A model generated the notes under the pieces. That model searched no databases. It was given only the letters and a program-made list of their open reading frames with translations, and was not told where the DNA came from. A stretch of 64,000 bases of DNA, taken from assembly GCA_031551885.1 (NCBI GenBank), contig JAVBMX010000010.1:1083-65082 (forward strand). The letters run 5' to 3'. Position 1 is the stretch's first letter, and every line of letters begins with the position of its first letter. Both the position numbers and the translations under genes were made by a program. Shown piece by piece: positions 28,219 through 38,213 of the stretch. The DNA comes from Desulfovibrio sp. (GTDB taxonomy: Bacteria > Desulfobacterota > Desulfovibrionia > Desulfovibrionales > Desulfovibrionaceae).

Positions 28219-29511
28219 GTGTACACCGGCCTAATGCTCGCCCTCGCCCTTTTTCTGGTGCTGCTCAACGGCTTTTTCGTGGCCGCCGAGTTCTCGTTCG
28301 TCAAAGTGCGCAGAACCCGCCTGGAAGTTCTGGCCCATGAAGGGAACGCTCTGGCCCGGGTCGCCTTGTTCGGCGTCGACAATCTCGACGCCTACCTGTC
28401 GGTCTGCCAGTTGGGCATCACCCTGGCCAGCCTTGGGCTCGGCTGGATAGGCGAACCGGCCGTCGCCGTTCTGGTGCATCCGTTTTTGCAGCTTTTCTCC
28501 ATCACCAACCCGGCCCTGCTCTCGTCCATTTCCATCACGATCGGGTTCACGGTGATCACCTTCATGCACGTCATCCTCGGCGAGCTGATGCCCAAATCCA
28601 TTTCCATCCAGCGGGCCGAGTCGACCGTGCTTCTCCTGGCCGTACCGCTTAAAATTTTCTATTACCTGAGCTTCCCTGTGGTCGGAATTATGAACGGGAT
28701 CTCCAACTTCCTCCTGCGCCGCATCGGTATGCATTCGGTCGGAGAAACCGAGGAATCCCACTCCCGCGAAGAGTTGCGCATGCTGATTATGAACTCCGGC
28801 AAGGAAGGGCTGATGAGCCCCTCGGAAGAACGCATGCTCGGCAACATCTTCAGCTTCTACCAGAAGAGCGCCAAGGACGTGATGATTCACCGCACCGACG
28901 TGATGATCCTGAATCTGCACGAAGGCACGCGGGTGGCCCGAGACAAGGCGCGGGACAGCGGACACACGCGCTTTCCCGTCTATGACGCCGATGAGGACGC
29001 CATCGTCGGCTTCCTGCACGCCAAGGATATGCTCTATCTCGACGACGCCTCGGACCTGCGCTCCATCTTGCGGACCGCGCTCTTCGTCCAAGAAACCACC
29101 CACCTGGACGGGGTGCTGCGCCTGATGCAGGAGCAGCGCGTGCAAATCTGCGTCGTTTTGGATGAATACGGGGCCTGGCAGGGCATCACGACCATGGAAG
29201 ACCTGATGGAAACCATTGTCGGCGACATTCAGGATGAGTTCGACAACGAAGCCCCCGACGTGGTTCCCCAGCCCGACGGCAGTCTGCTGGTTTCCGCCGA
29301 ACTGTCTTTGGAAGAGTTGGCGCGGCACACGGACATATCCTGCGACAAGCACGAGATCGACCTGTATAAGATTCTGGCGGCGCACATTCTGGATCAGCTG
29401 GGGCGCATCCCTTCGGTCGGGGACCAGGTGATCGTGTGCAACAAGGTGTTTACCGTGGCGACCATGGATCGTCGACGTATTCGGCGCATTCGGGTTTCGT
29501 CGCCCCGCTGA
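28219..29511 (+). CDS. Hemolysin/CNNM family protein (DUF21 + CBS + CorC)
   Basis: LNGFFVAAEFSFVKVRR, LGITLASLGLGWIGEP, GELMPKSI, HTRFPVY, LDEYG...GITTMEDLMETIVGDIQDEFD. Confidence 0.93.
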   Translation: MYTGLMLALALFLVLLNGFFVAAEFSFVKVRRTRLEVLAHEGNALARVALFGVDNLDAYLSVCQLGITLASLGLGWIGEPAVAVLVHPFLQLFSITNPALLSSISITIGFTVITFMHVILGELMPKSISIQRAESTVLLLAVPLKIFYYLSFPVVGIMNGISNFLLRRIGMHSVGETEESHSREELRMLIMNSGKEGLMSPSEERMLGNIFSFYQKSAKDVMIHRTDVMILNLHEGTRVARDKARDSGHTRFPVYDADEDAIVGFLHAKDMLYLDDASDLRSILRTALFVQETTHLDGVLRLMQEQRVQICVVLDEYGAWQGITTMEDLMETIVGDIQDEFDNEAPDVVPQPDGSLLVSAELSLEELARHTDISCDKHEIDLYKILAAHILDQLGRIPSVGDQVIVCNKVFTVATMDRRRIRRIRVSSPR

Positions 29512-29539
29512 CGGCGTGATGATTTCCGAGGTTTCATGC

Positions 29540-29577
29540 AAAAAAAGCCGCCCTCCGAGAGAAGGGCGGCTTTTTTT
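29540..29577. terminator. Bidirectional terminator
   Basis: A7-GCCGCCCT...AGGGCGGC-T7 between convergent genes. Confidence 0.8.
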
Positions 29578-29620
29578 GAACCGCAAGGACGGGGCTTATA
29601 CCCGTCTTATCATCACCCGC

Positions 29621-29965
29621 CTAAGCTCCGGCAATCGGAATCCGGCGCGGCTTCATGGCTTCGGCCTTGGGCAGGAAGAGATTCAACACACCGTCTTTCA
29701 GCGATGCGGTGATTTGATCCCGTTCCACCATGTCCGAAAGCGTGAACGTGCGCTGAAAATTCACGGCCTGGAACTCGGAATGCAGGGTGCGCCCGCCGTC
29801 CTGGGAGACATAGCGGCTTTCTCCCCGAATGGTCACCTCGTCCTCTTCCAGGTCGATGGAAAGGTTGTCGGCTCCCACACCGGGCAGGTCCATGAAAATG
29901 TGGACGCCGTCCTCCATTTCCACAATATCGGTAGCCGGAACAAAAAACTCGTTTTCGGCGCTCAT
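29621..29965 (-). CDS. Hsp20/alpha-crystallin family protein
   Basis: PATDIVE, DLPGV, FQRTFTLS, ASLKDGVLNLFLPK. Confidence 0.9.
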   Translation of the reverse strand: MSAENEFFVPATDIVEMEDGVHIFMDLPGVGADNLSIDLEEDEVTIRGESRYVSQDGGRTLHSEFQAVNFQRTFTLSDMVERDQITASLKDGVLNLFLPKAEAMKPRRIPIAGA

Positions 29966-29998
29966 ACTCGTTTCCTCCCTGTGCACACTCGGCATGTT

Positions 29999-30406
29999 CT
30001 ACACTCCGATGGATATTTTACGCGGACGCGTTTCCTGCGCCTTAGGCAAAACAACGCGCACGATGCCGTTCTCACTCTTGGCCGTGACCTTGTCGCGCTC
30101 CACGGGCACATTCAGCGACAGCACCCGTTGGAAAACTCCGGCCATGCGCTCCTGCCGAAAGTACCTGCCTTCAGGCGAGGTGCGCTCGCCCCGGATGATC
30201 AGATTCCTGGCGGTCAGGGTCAAATCAAGTTTGTCGGCAGGGACTCCGGGGATATTGATGTCCACCACGTAGTCGCCGTCGTTTTCCTGTATGTTCACCT
30301 GAGGGTACTGCGGGCGCCTGTACGACGAACCAAGGCGCATCATATCTTCAAACAAACGTTCGATGCTTTGGGGGGCATCATAAAGGGTACTGAAGTCAAT
30401 AACCAT
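29999..30406 (-). CDS. Hsp20/alpha-crystallin family protein
   Basis: YPQVNIQE, IPGV, RQERMAGVFQR, ENGIVRVVLPK; GGAGGAG RBS. Confidence 0.9.
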   Translation of the reverse strand: MVIDFSTLYDAPQSIERLFEDMMRLGSSYRRPQYPQVNIQENDGDYVVDINIPGVPADKLDLTLTARNLIIRGERTSPEGRYFRQERMAGVFQRVLSLNVPVERDKVTAKSENGIVRVVLPKAQETRPRKISIGV

Positions 30407-30478
30407 ACCGATCTCCTCCCGGCATTTTGTTCTTGCACTCGTATGTCGGCTCGCGGCTTCAGCCGCTGTTCTCATTCA

Positions 30479-30506
30479 AATGTAAGGCGACTCTTCCGGC
30501 AGTCAA
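30479..30506 (-). promoter_or_regulatory. Putative sigma70 promoter of the hsp20 pair
   Basis: Minus strand TTGACT-N16-TACATT. Confidence 0.5.
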
Positions 30507-30610
30507 GAGGCGTATCGCTCCTTTGCGGGAGTTCCCTCTCCAGGGCTTGCCGCCGGCCGGCCCCGTGGCTATACTGTTTTTTCGGCCGGAGGATCGGCCA
30601 AGGAGACGTC

Positions 30611-31030
30611 ATGAACGATCACGAACTGCGCGAACTCTTTCCGCGTATAAAGACCATTGCCGTCATCGGCGCCAAAGACAAACCCGGCCCGGTCGACCGC
30701 GTGGGCCGATATCTGATCGGCGCGGGCTACACCGTGTACCCGGTGCACCCGGTCAGAAAAGAGGTCTGGGGCCTGCCTGTTTATCCCACGCTTGCCGATA
30801 TCCCCATGCCGATCGATCTGGTCGACGTGTTTCGGGCTCCCGAATTCTGCCCGGCCCATGCCGAGGAATGCGCCGCGCTCGCGCACCGTCCCCTGGTGTT
30901 CTGGATGCAGTCGGGCATCAGCAACGAACAAGCCCGCGCCACGGCTCAGGCCGCCGGAATCGGGGTTGTCGAAGACGCCTGCCTGATGGTGGAACTGCAG
31001 CGCCTGTTCCCCCTGGGGCCCAAGCGATGA
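30611..31030 (+). CDS. CoA-binding protein (YccU-like)
   Basis: TIAVIGAKDKP, YPVHP, IDLVDVFRAPE, FWMQSGI. Confidence 0.9.
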   Translation: MNDHELRELFPRIKTIAVIGAKDKPGPVDRVGRYLIGAGYTVYPVHPVRKEVWGLPVYPTLADIPMPIDLVDVFRAPEFCPAHAEECAALAHRPLVFWMQSGISNEQARATAQAAGIGVVEDACLMVELQRLFPLGPKR

Positions 31031-31500
31031 GCGAACTTCGTCCCGCTTTTGACTGTCGCATGTGCGGCACCTGCTGCCTTGGCTCCGGCGGCATCGTGGT
31101 CGACTCTGAAGACCTGAAGCGCCTGTGCGCGTATATGGCGCTGTCGCCCCACGATTTTTCCGAGCGCCACGCCGAACGCCGCAACGGCAAACTCGTGATC
31201 CGCGCGGGCGACGACGGCCGATGCGTGTTCTTTGCCGTCGGAACCGGCTGCACGGTGCACCCGGCCAAGCCGAACATCTGCCGCGCCTGGCCGTTTTTTC
31301 GCGGCAATCTGGTCGACCCGGAAAGCTTGGCCCTGGCCAAAGAGTACTGTCCGGGCATTCGTCGGGACGTCGCCCCGGAGGAGTTCACCCGCCTGGGCTT
31401 GGACTATCTGCGGGAGGAAGGCCTTGTGGGCCGGGGGAGCTCCGACGAAGCGGCGGCGCTGCAGGTGGAAGACGTCGCGCTTTCTTTCGCGAAAAGATGA
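31027..31500 (+). CDS. YkgJ family cysteine-cluster (Fe-S) protein
   Basis: FDCRMCGTCC, CVFF...CTVHPAKPNICRAWPF, CPG. Confidence 0.88.
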   Translation: MSELRPAFDCRMCGTCCLGSGGIVVDSEDLKRLCAYMALSPHDFSERHAERRNGKLVIRAGDDGRCVFFAVGTGCTVHPAKPNICRAWPFFRGNLVDPESLALAKEYCPGIRRDVAPEEFTRLGLDYLREEGLVGRGSSDEAAALQVEDVALSFAKR

Positions 31501-31653
31501 CGGCCCGCTTGCAAAAAAGTATAAAAGCACCTATGAGCGAAGCCAGGATCCTTTTTCACATCCCCTGCGGCCGTACCGGTTTGTGAGAACCGACGACCGA
31601 GCCGCCGGGGGAATCTCTCCGTTTTTCATTCCGGCCCAAGCACAGGGAGCACC

Positions 31654-32433
31654 ATGACGCGCAAAGAATGCTACGCAGCTTTGGAACTGCCTGAAGGAGC
31701 GCCTGCGGCGGAAATCAAACGGGCATACCGACGTCTGGCCTTTGCGCTGCACCCGGATCTGAACCCCGATGTTCCCAACGCCTCGCGCCGATTCCAGCGC
31801 CTGAACGAGGCCTATGTTCTGCTGACCAAAGGCGGGGAAGGAGCTTCCGCTTCCAAGTCGGACTCGGAACCCGACGCGCGCGCCAGGGAGGAAGCCCATA
31901 AAGCTTACGCCAAAGCCGAAAAGAACCAGGCCGGGGCCAAAGCGAAAGAGACGAAATCTGAAGAGCCATCCAAGGAAAAACCGAAGGGAAAAACCAAAGA
32001 AGACGTCCTCAGCGACATTCTGGACGATCCCTTCGCTCGGCGCGTTTTCGAAGACATTTACAGCCACATCAGGCACGACGCCCGCCCCAAGGCCGCTTCC
32101 GGGGCTTCAAAGGCATCCGGCAAGCAGGCGCCGCCCATCCGCAAACCGAGCGTTCGTCGTGCGAAAAACGACAACGGCCTGATGACCAAAGTCTCCGGCT
32201 GGTTCCGCAAGCAAATCGACGACGAGCAAACCCTGCGCCTGCCGAGCGCCAACCTCGTGCCCGGAGCCAAGGTCCGCCTGGAAATCCGCCACGGCTTGGG
32301 CGGAGAATCGGAAGTTGTGGAAATCACTCTGCCGCCGGAGTTCATCCCCGGAAAATCCGTGCGCCTCAAGGGCATGGGCAGACGCCTCGGCAAATGGCGC
32401 GGCGATCTGTACGTGCGCATCGAAGGCCAGTAA
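31654..32433 (+). CDS. J-domain (DnaJ-like) protein
   Basis: EIKRAYRRLAFALHPD, FQRLNEAY; C-terminal LKGMG...GDLYV. Confidence 0.88.
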   Translation: MTRKECYAALELPEGAPAAEIKRAYRRLAFALHPDLNPDVPNASRRFQRLNEAYVLLTKGGEGASASKSDSEPDARAREEAHKAYAKAEKNQAGAKAKETKSEEPSKEKPKGKTKEDVLSDILDDPFARRVFEDIYSHIRHDARPKAASGASKASGKQAPPIRKPSVRRAKNDNGLMTKVSGWFRKQIDDEQTLRLPSANLVPGAKVRLEIRHGLGGESEVVEITLPPEFIPGKSVRLKGMGRRLGKWRGDLYVRIEGQ

Positions 32434-32555
32434 CCGCGAACAACCCGGACGGCACGGTCCGCCGAACGCCCTTGCCGCGACTCGGCCGGCGCATCCACAC
32501 GCGCTTTACGCAACAGGCCTGTAAGCCGTTCACCGGCAAAGCGGCGGCGGCCGGG

Positions 32556-33440
32556 TCAGCGCCCGACCCGCATTTCCGCTTTATCCCGTTCCGCGACAAT
32601 CAACAGCACGGCCGCGAGAATCAAGCCCGCGCCGATCCACCCGAAGAGCGTGAAGCGCTCATCCCAGACGATCCAGGCCATGATTACGGCGAAAATGGGC
32701 TCAAGGGTCGCCAAAACGACCGTGCGTACCGGCGACAGCCGCCGCAGTCCCGCGCAGTAGGCCAAGTAAGCCACATAGCTGCAGACCAAGCCCAAAAGAA
32801 AAGCCACCAGCCAGTCCATCGGCGTTTTGGCGGCGAACGGCACCAAAGGCAGCAGAACCACCGCGCCGACCGCCATACTCAGGCAGTAAATGGTCGCGGC
32901 CGAATACCGTGCCAGATAAATTTTGGAAAAAATGTAGTGAAACGAGTAGGCAAGCCCGGCCAGCAAGCCGCACAGCACCCCCAGCGGAGCCACGACCTCC
33001 GCCTGGCCGCCGCCGGAAAAACTTACGAAGGCCGTGCCGGCAAGGGCCGTGGCAATGGCCGCGACTTTCAAGGGAGTGACGGGTTCTTTGAACACGAGAC
33101 GAGAAAATACCGCCACCCAGGCCGGGGCCGTATACAACAGCACGGAGGTGACGGCCGCGCCGCTGTGGCGCACCGAATACTGGTAGGCGACAAAAAAGCC
33201 GGCGATGCAAAAAATGCCGAACAGCACAAACGCGCCGGCATCCGCTTTGCGTTGAATACGCAGCGTCCCCACGGCGAGGGAGTGCACCCCGAACAACGCC
33301 GCGCCGAAGGCCGCCCGCCAAAAAGCCGTTTCCAGCGGATGCAGCCCGCCGACAAGAAGAAATTTGGAAAGAATGCCCAAGAGGCCCCAAGACCAAGCCG
33401 CCAATAAGACGAAGAGATATCCAGAATGCCTTTGGATCAT
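32556..33440 (-). CDS. DMT/EamA family transporter
   Basis: Two EamA repeats, about ten TM helices, LATLEPIFAV. Confidence 0.9.
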   Translation of the reverse strand: MIQRHSGYLFVLLAAWSWGLLGILSKFLLVGGLHPLETAFWRAAFGAALFGVHSLAVGTLRIQRKADAGAFVLFGIFCIAGFFVAYQYSVRHSGAAVTSVLLYTAPAWVAVFSRLVFKEPVTPLKVAAIATALAGTAFVSFSGGGQAEVVAPLGVLCGLLAGLAYSFHYIFSKIYLARYSAATIYCLSMAVGAVVLLPLVPFAAKTPMDWLVAFLLGLVCSYVAYLAYCAGLRRLSPVRTVVLATLEPIFAVIMAWIVWDERFTLFGWIGAGLILAAVLLIVAERDKAEMRVGR

Positions 33441-33623
33441 AGATTTTCCTTATATCCCCACCAGCTTCTCCGCACTTTTACTTTCTCCCCCAACATTGTC
33501 AACGGTTTCTCCCCGCGCGTCGGATCTTTCTTTAAATGATTGCAGCCCGAACGACCTCGGTATATACTTGGCCTGCGCCGAGCAATGCAGCCGGATCCAA
33601 GCCGTCAAAACAGGCCGACTTAT

Positions 33624-34928
33624 ATGACTAAAAACAAGCCGTCCGTTGTTTCATATTTGGTTCTTCCCTTATCGCTCATCCTGCTGTTTTCTTCCGGGGT
33701 TGGGATTTACCAATGGGGCGTCAGCGACTATGCCCCGGAATCCGTTCGCGAATTTTTCGCTAAAATTTCCGGGACACCTTCCACACCAAGGAATCTAAAG
33801 GCCTCCACGCCGCCTTCTCAGACCGATACGCCGCCCCCCGTGCAATACAGCGAACCGGCCCCCAAAGACCCCCTGTTCGACCCGCCGGCCGCTCCAGAGT
33901 CCAACGCCGTGGCGGAAACCGACGCCCCCTGGGTGGAGCTGGAACAAGAGCAAGATCAAGAAGCGCGGCAGGCGCCTGTCGCCGTTTCTCGGTTCGAATA
34001 CAACAAAGCCGTTCCGGCCGCTGGGCTGAACCCCATCAGCGTGCGCGGAACGGTGCAGATCAAAGAGCCTGTCGATACCGACAACCTGTACGGTTCCTCT
34101 GAAAGCCGAACCGACGCGGAAGCCCCCCTGCCGGCCGTCAGAGGCGAAGACCCCATGGTCCGTCTCGACTTTGTCCAGGCCATGGCCCGGTATCTCGCCC
34201 GCAACTACTGGCCCTCGGACAGCCACCCCGCCGCTCGCGGGCGCGGCATCACCACGGCCGGAACCAAGTTGACCAATTTGACCTTCGGCGTTCCCATGCG
34301 CGGCTTCGGCGTATCGCCGGAAAGCGGCCCGGCCGGTCGCAAGCGGGTGCTTGACTACGCCATGAACAAAGAGATGCTCAATGCCTTGTACACCCTGTAC
34401 GGCAAGCGCTTCTTTTCGGCCTTGGCCAAAGCGGCCGACGAACGCCGCATTCCGGATGAAAACGGCCGCCCCCTGACCCCCGCCGAGCGTTCGGAAATGT
34501 ACACCATCTATGCCGAGCGCGCCCGCGCCCTGGCCGGGGTCATCCGAGCCTGTTGCGCCGCGCCGGATCTGGACGAACGCATTACAGCCTATACCGCAGC
34601 CGAAGAACAAGTCTACATGGTGTACGAGCAGCTTTTGAACCAGCCGAACGACGCGAACCGTTCCTCTCTGCAGGCGTCGTACCAGCAGGCCATCGTCAAA
34701 CGGGATCAGGCCAGAGAAATGGCCGCCTCATCCCTGCGCCGCGCCGGCGACACCAAAGGCATGGATACCGACTCGCTGGTCTACATCGCGGCGTGGCTCA
34801 ACCGTCGCGGCTTTGAGAAAAGCGATGCCTTCCAAGCCCTGGCCGACACCTTGGACCGCGTCGCCACGCAACTGGACAAGGACCGCGCCACGGCGCAGGA
34901 AAAGGGAACGCACACCGCCCTCCAATGA
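33624..34928 (+). CDS. Hypothetical membrane-anchored protein
   Basis: Single N-terminal TM, Pro-rich linker, helical C-terminus; ATGA overlap with cobU. Confidence 0.75.
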   Translation: MTKNKPSVVSYLVLPLSLILLFSSGVGIYQWGVSDYAPESVREFFAKISGTPSTPRNLKASTPPSQTDTPPPVQYSEPAPKDPLFDPPAAPESNAVAETDAPWVELEQEQDQEARQAPVAVSRFEYNKAVPAAGLNPISVRGTVQIKEPVDTDNLYGSSESRTDAEAPLPAVRGEDPMVRLDFVQAMARYLARNYWPSDSHPAARGRGITTAGTKLTNLTFGVPMRGFGVSPESGPAGRKRVLDYAMNKEMLNALYTLYGKRFFSALAKAADERRIPDENGRPLTPAERSEMYTIYAERARALAGVIRACCAAPDLDERITAYTAAEEQVYMVYEQLLNQPNDANRSSLQASYQQAIVKRDQAREMAASSLRRAGDTKGMDTDSLVYIAAWLNRRGFEKSDAFQALADTLDRVATQLDKDRATAQEKGTHTALQ

Positions 34929-35533
34929 GTACACGCGCCTTTCCTTTCATTCTGGTCGCCGGTGGTTGCCGTAGCGGCAAGAGCGCTTACGCCCAGAAAA
35001 TTTTGGAATCCCTGGCTCCCGTGCGGCTCTATGCCGCAACCGCCGAGGTTCGAGACCCGGACATGGCCCGCCGGGTCGCCGCGCATCAAGCCGCCCGAGG
35101 CGAAGGGTGGCATACCGTGGAAACACCCCTCGGTCGGCTTCCTCTCTTGCCCTCGCCCCTGCCGGAGCATTGCGGCGTGCTGTTTGACTGCCTGAGCGTA
35201 TGGACGGCCGGGCGGATGGAAAGCGGCCCGAGCGACGAAGGTGCCGTCATGGCCGATGTGCGCGCCTGCCTCAAATTTTTGTATGCCCTTCCCTGCCCGG
35301 TGGTGATTGTCGCCACCGAAACCGGCCTCGGGGTGATCCCCGCGGACCGGACAAGCCGTCGTTTCCGGGATTTTTCCGGCCTGGCGGCGCAGGAGGCGGC
35401 CCGAACGGCCCACGACGTGTATTTCATGCTCTGTGGCCTGCCCTTGTGTCTTAAGGGAACGCCGCCGCCCATCCCCCCTTCACACCTTTTCACCGACGGA
35501 GAATCTCTCCATGCCTCCGGCCAAACCGGGTGA
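34925..35533 (+). CDS. cobU: Adenosylcobinamide kinase / adenosylcobinamide-phosphate guanylyltransferase
   Basis: GGCRSGKS, ATAEVRDPDMARRVAAHQ, GWHTVE, VLFDCLSVW, ETGLGVIP, FRDFSG. Confidence 0.9.
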   Translation: MSTRAFPFILVAGGCRSGKSAYAQKILESLAPVRLYAATAEVRDPDMARRVAAHQAARGEGWHTVETPLGRLPLLPSPLPEHCGVLFDCLSVWTAGRMESGPSDEGAVMADVRACLKFLYALPCPVVIVATETGLGVIPADRTSRRFRDFSGLAAQEAARTAHDVYFMLCGLPLCLKGTPPPIPPSHLFTDGESLHASGQTG

Positions 35534-36005
35534 CTTTATCACCGCCAAGTGTTCCCGCTGCGACGACGTGACCGGCCATGTGGTCATGCTTGTTCTGGAC
35601 GGGCAAATCGCCAAAGTTGAGTGCAAGGCATGCGGCAGCGTGCACAAATACCGGGAATTCCGGCCGCCGAAAACCGCCGGGAAAACACCTTCCCTGCGCA
35701 GGGTTCGAAGCGGGCAAAGCCGTGAAACGGCTGTGGATCTTGACGCGCCGCGCAGATCGTCCACCGTTTCCCGCGCTCCGGCGGCCCCTAGAGGCGCGGC
35801 CAAGCTGCACAGCGCCTGGCAGGAATCCATGGTCCGGCTTGCGGTTCTCGAACCCAAGCCGTATTCCATGCAGGAAAGCTTTGAGGTCGACACCCTGCTG
35901 CTGCACCCCACCTTCGGCCGGGGTGTGGTTTTGAAAACCGTGCGCCCGGACAAAATCGAAGTCCTGTTTGAAGACGGCATAAAAATCCTACGCTGCAAAC
36001 TATAG
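35511..36005 (+). CDS. Hypothetical protein (Zn ribbon + C-terminal HPTFGRG beta domain)
   Basis: CSRC...CKAC ribbon; YSMQESFEV..LLHPTFGRGVV..KIEVLFEDG. Confidence 0.78.
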   Translation: MPPAKPGDFITAKCSRCDDVTGHVVMLVLDGQIAKVECKACGSVHKYREFRPPKTAGKTPSLRRVRSGQSRETAVDLDAPRRSSTVSRAPAAPRGAAKLHSAWQESMVRLAVLEPKPYSMQESFEVDTLLLHPTFGRGVVLKTVRPDKIEVLFEDGIKILRCKL

Positions 36006-36015
36006 AGCCACCGCT

Positions 36016-37635
36016 ATGCTCGAGCTTTTGCGCATCCGCGATCTTGCCCTGATTGAAGACCTGGAGATGGAATTTTCTCCAGGCATGAACGTGATCACCG
36101 GTGAGACCGGCGCGGGCAAAAGCTTTATTCTCAAGGCTCTGGACTTCGTCACCGGCGAAAAGGCCGGAGCCGACCTGGTGCGCCCCGGCAAAGAAAAAGC
36201 CGTGGTCGAGGCCTTGTTCGTCGTGGACGGTAAGGAATGCATTCTGCGCCGCGAATTGCCGGCCGAAAGCGGCCGCAGCCGGCTCTACATCGACGATACC
36301 CTGAGTTCCCTGGAGTCCGTGACGGAAATGCGCGGCAGGCTTTTGCTGCACACGGCGCAACACGGCCGGCAAAAGCTCTGCCGCCCGGCCTGGCAGGCCG
36401 CCGTACTGGACGGATTCATGCGCCGGCCGGATCTGCTTGAGGAAAAAGACCGCCTGGTCGGGCTTCTCGGGGCCTGCGCCGTCAAGCGGGCCGCGCTTGA
36501 GGACAAAGTACGCGAGCTGCGGGAAAAGCGGGACATGTTCGAGTTCCAGTTGGCGGAAATCGACGCCGTCAAACCCAAGGCCGGTGAAGAGGATGCCCTG
36601 GAGCAAGCCCGTACGGCCGCCCGGAACCAAACCGCAATCACCGAGAATGCCGTCGCCGGGCTGGCCGCGTTTGCCGGCGACGACGACGGCCCCGGCCTGT
36701 GGGACGCCCTGACCACCCTTGAACGCGCGGTCTCGGCCCTGGCCAAGGTCCACGATGGCTTTGAGGAAACGGCGGAAGCCCTGGGCGGCGCGCGCGATAC
36801 CCTGAAAGATCTGGAAAAGAACCTGCGCCGGGTGCGTTCCGAAGCGGCGGAAGAAGCGGACATCGATTCCATTGAAGAGCGACTTTTTGCTCTGGCGCAG
36901 CTCAAGCGTAAGCTCAAGCGGCCATTGGACGAGATTCTCGACCTGCATGCCGAGATTGCCGAGAACCTCAGCTTTCTCGACTCCTGCGACCTGGATCGAA
37001 AACACTTGGCCGCCGAAGAGGAAGAACTGGCCGGGCGACTGCGCGACCTACTGCAAATCTTGAACCCCGCCCGCAGACAGGCCGCCGAGGCGCTGGCCGA
37101 AGCCTTGGGGGTGGAACTTCGCGGGCTGGGATTTGCCGATGAAGCCGCGGCCATGTTCGAATTCAGCCCGCACCAGACGGTGCCCGGCCGCGACGATTTG
37201 GCCGAAGAACGTCCCCGCCTGCTCTGGCGGCCGAACCCCGGACAACCCGCTCAGCCCTTGGACCGCATCGCTTCGGGCGGGGAGCTTTCCCGCTTTCTCT
37301 TGGCCTTGGTCGGTATTCTGGGGCGCAGCCTTGAGGCCGAGCCGACCTTCATCTTTGACGAAGTGGATTCCGGCGTGGGCGGTCTGACCCTCAACCGGGT
37401 GGCCGAACGCCTGGAGGGCTTGAGCAAAGATCGGCAGATCATCCTGATCACCCACTGGCCGCAGCTTGCGGCCAAGGGAAAACGCCACTTTCTCGTGGAC
37501 AAACGGGTTGCCGACGGGCACACTTTTACCCGGTGCACCCGACTCACTCCCGAGGCGGTGGCCGCCGAGTTGGCCCGCATGGCGGGCGGCGGCAGACAGG
37601 GCGAGGCCTTGGCCCGCGAACTGGTGCAGGAATGA
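36016..37635 (+). CDS. recN: DNA repair protein RecN
   Basis: ITGETGAGKS Walker A, IASGGELSRF signature, FDEVDSGVGG, ITHWPQLAA. Confidence 0.95.
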   Translation: MLELLRIRDLALIEDLEMEFSPGMNVITGETGAGKSFILKALDFVTGEKAGADLVRPGKEKAVVEALFVVDGKECILRRELPAESGRSRLYIDDTLSSLESVTEMRGRLLLHTAQHGRQKLCRPAWQAAVLDGFMRRPDLLEEKDRLVGLLGACAVKRAALEDKVRELREKRDMFEFQLAEIDAVKPKAGEEDALEQARTAARNQTAITENAVAGLAAFAGDDDGPGLWDALTTLERAVSALAKVHDGFEETAEALGGARDTLKDLEKNLRRVRSEAAEEADIDSIEERLFALAQLKRKLKRPLDEILDLHAEIAENLSFLDSCDLDRKHLAAEEEELAGRLRDLLQILNPARRQAAEALAEALGVELRGLGFADEAAAMFEFSPHQTVPGRDDLAEERPRLLWRPNPGQPAQPLDRIASGGELSRFLLALVGILGRSLEAEPTFIFDEVDSGVGGLTLNRVAERLEGLSKDRQIILITHWPQLAAKGKRHFLVDKRVADGHTFTRCTRLTPEAVAAELARMAGGGRQGEALARELVQE

Positions 37636-38213
37636 ACAAAACCCTCATCGGCTTTCTGATTCTTCTTGGGCTGATCGCCTCGGCGGCGGTGGGCATCTAT
37701 CTGATGATTCCCCGTCAGGACAGGCTGGGCGAGCTTTTGTCCGCAGCCATGCAGGAGCCGGAGAAAATGCCGGAACTCATGGCTTACCTGGATCGGGAAA
37801 TCGAACGCGCCCCTGAAGATTTCTCTTTGCGGTCCACCCGAGCGGCCGTGTACGCCGAGTCGGGCAGAACGGCCGATGCCCTGAACGACATTGAAGCGCT
37901 CATCAGCCGGAACCCCGACAACCTGGGGCTGGCTTTTGTCCGCTGCACCTTGCTGGAAAGAATCGGCGGCCCCCCGCGCGACAAGCACCTGGTCTGCTAC
38001 CGGGAAGTGGCCGCGCGCTTTGAAGACACGCCCGAATCTCCCAAAAGCAAAAATCCGGACTACATCGTCGCCGCGCTCATGGCCGAGTTGCCGGAAGCCG
38101 ACGATTTGCGCCGAGAATATCTGTCCGGCCTGGGCGACTCCGCTCCCGACAAGCACCTGCGGGAAGTCTTCGCCAACTTCAAGCCCGAGAATCTGACGGG
38201 CATCCGCCCATGA
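37632..38213 (+). CDS. Membrane-anchored TPR-like protein
   Basis: N-terminal TM; RAAVYAESGRTADALNDIEALI TPR-like helix pair. Confidence 0.75.
   Translation: MNKTLIGFLILLGLIASAAVGIYLMIPRQDRLGELLSAAMQEPEKMPELMAYLDREIERAPEDFSLRSTRAAVYAESGRTADALNDIEALISRNPDNLGLAFVRCTLLERIGGPPRDKHLVCYREVAARFEDTPESPKSKNPDYIVAALMAELPEADDLRREYLSGLGDSAPDKHLREVFANFKPENLTGIRP

Noticed and set aside
30432-30440. CIRCE (HrcA) operator upstream of the hsp20 pair
   Set aside because: Only one half-site-like TTGCACTC is present; the partner half at N9 spacing does not match.
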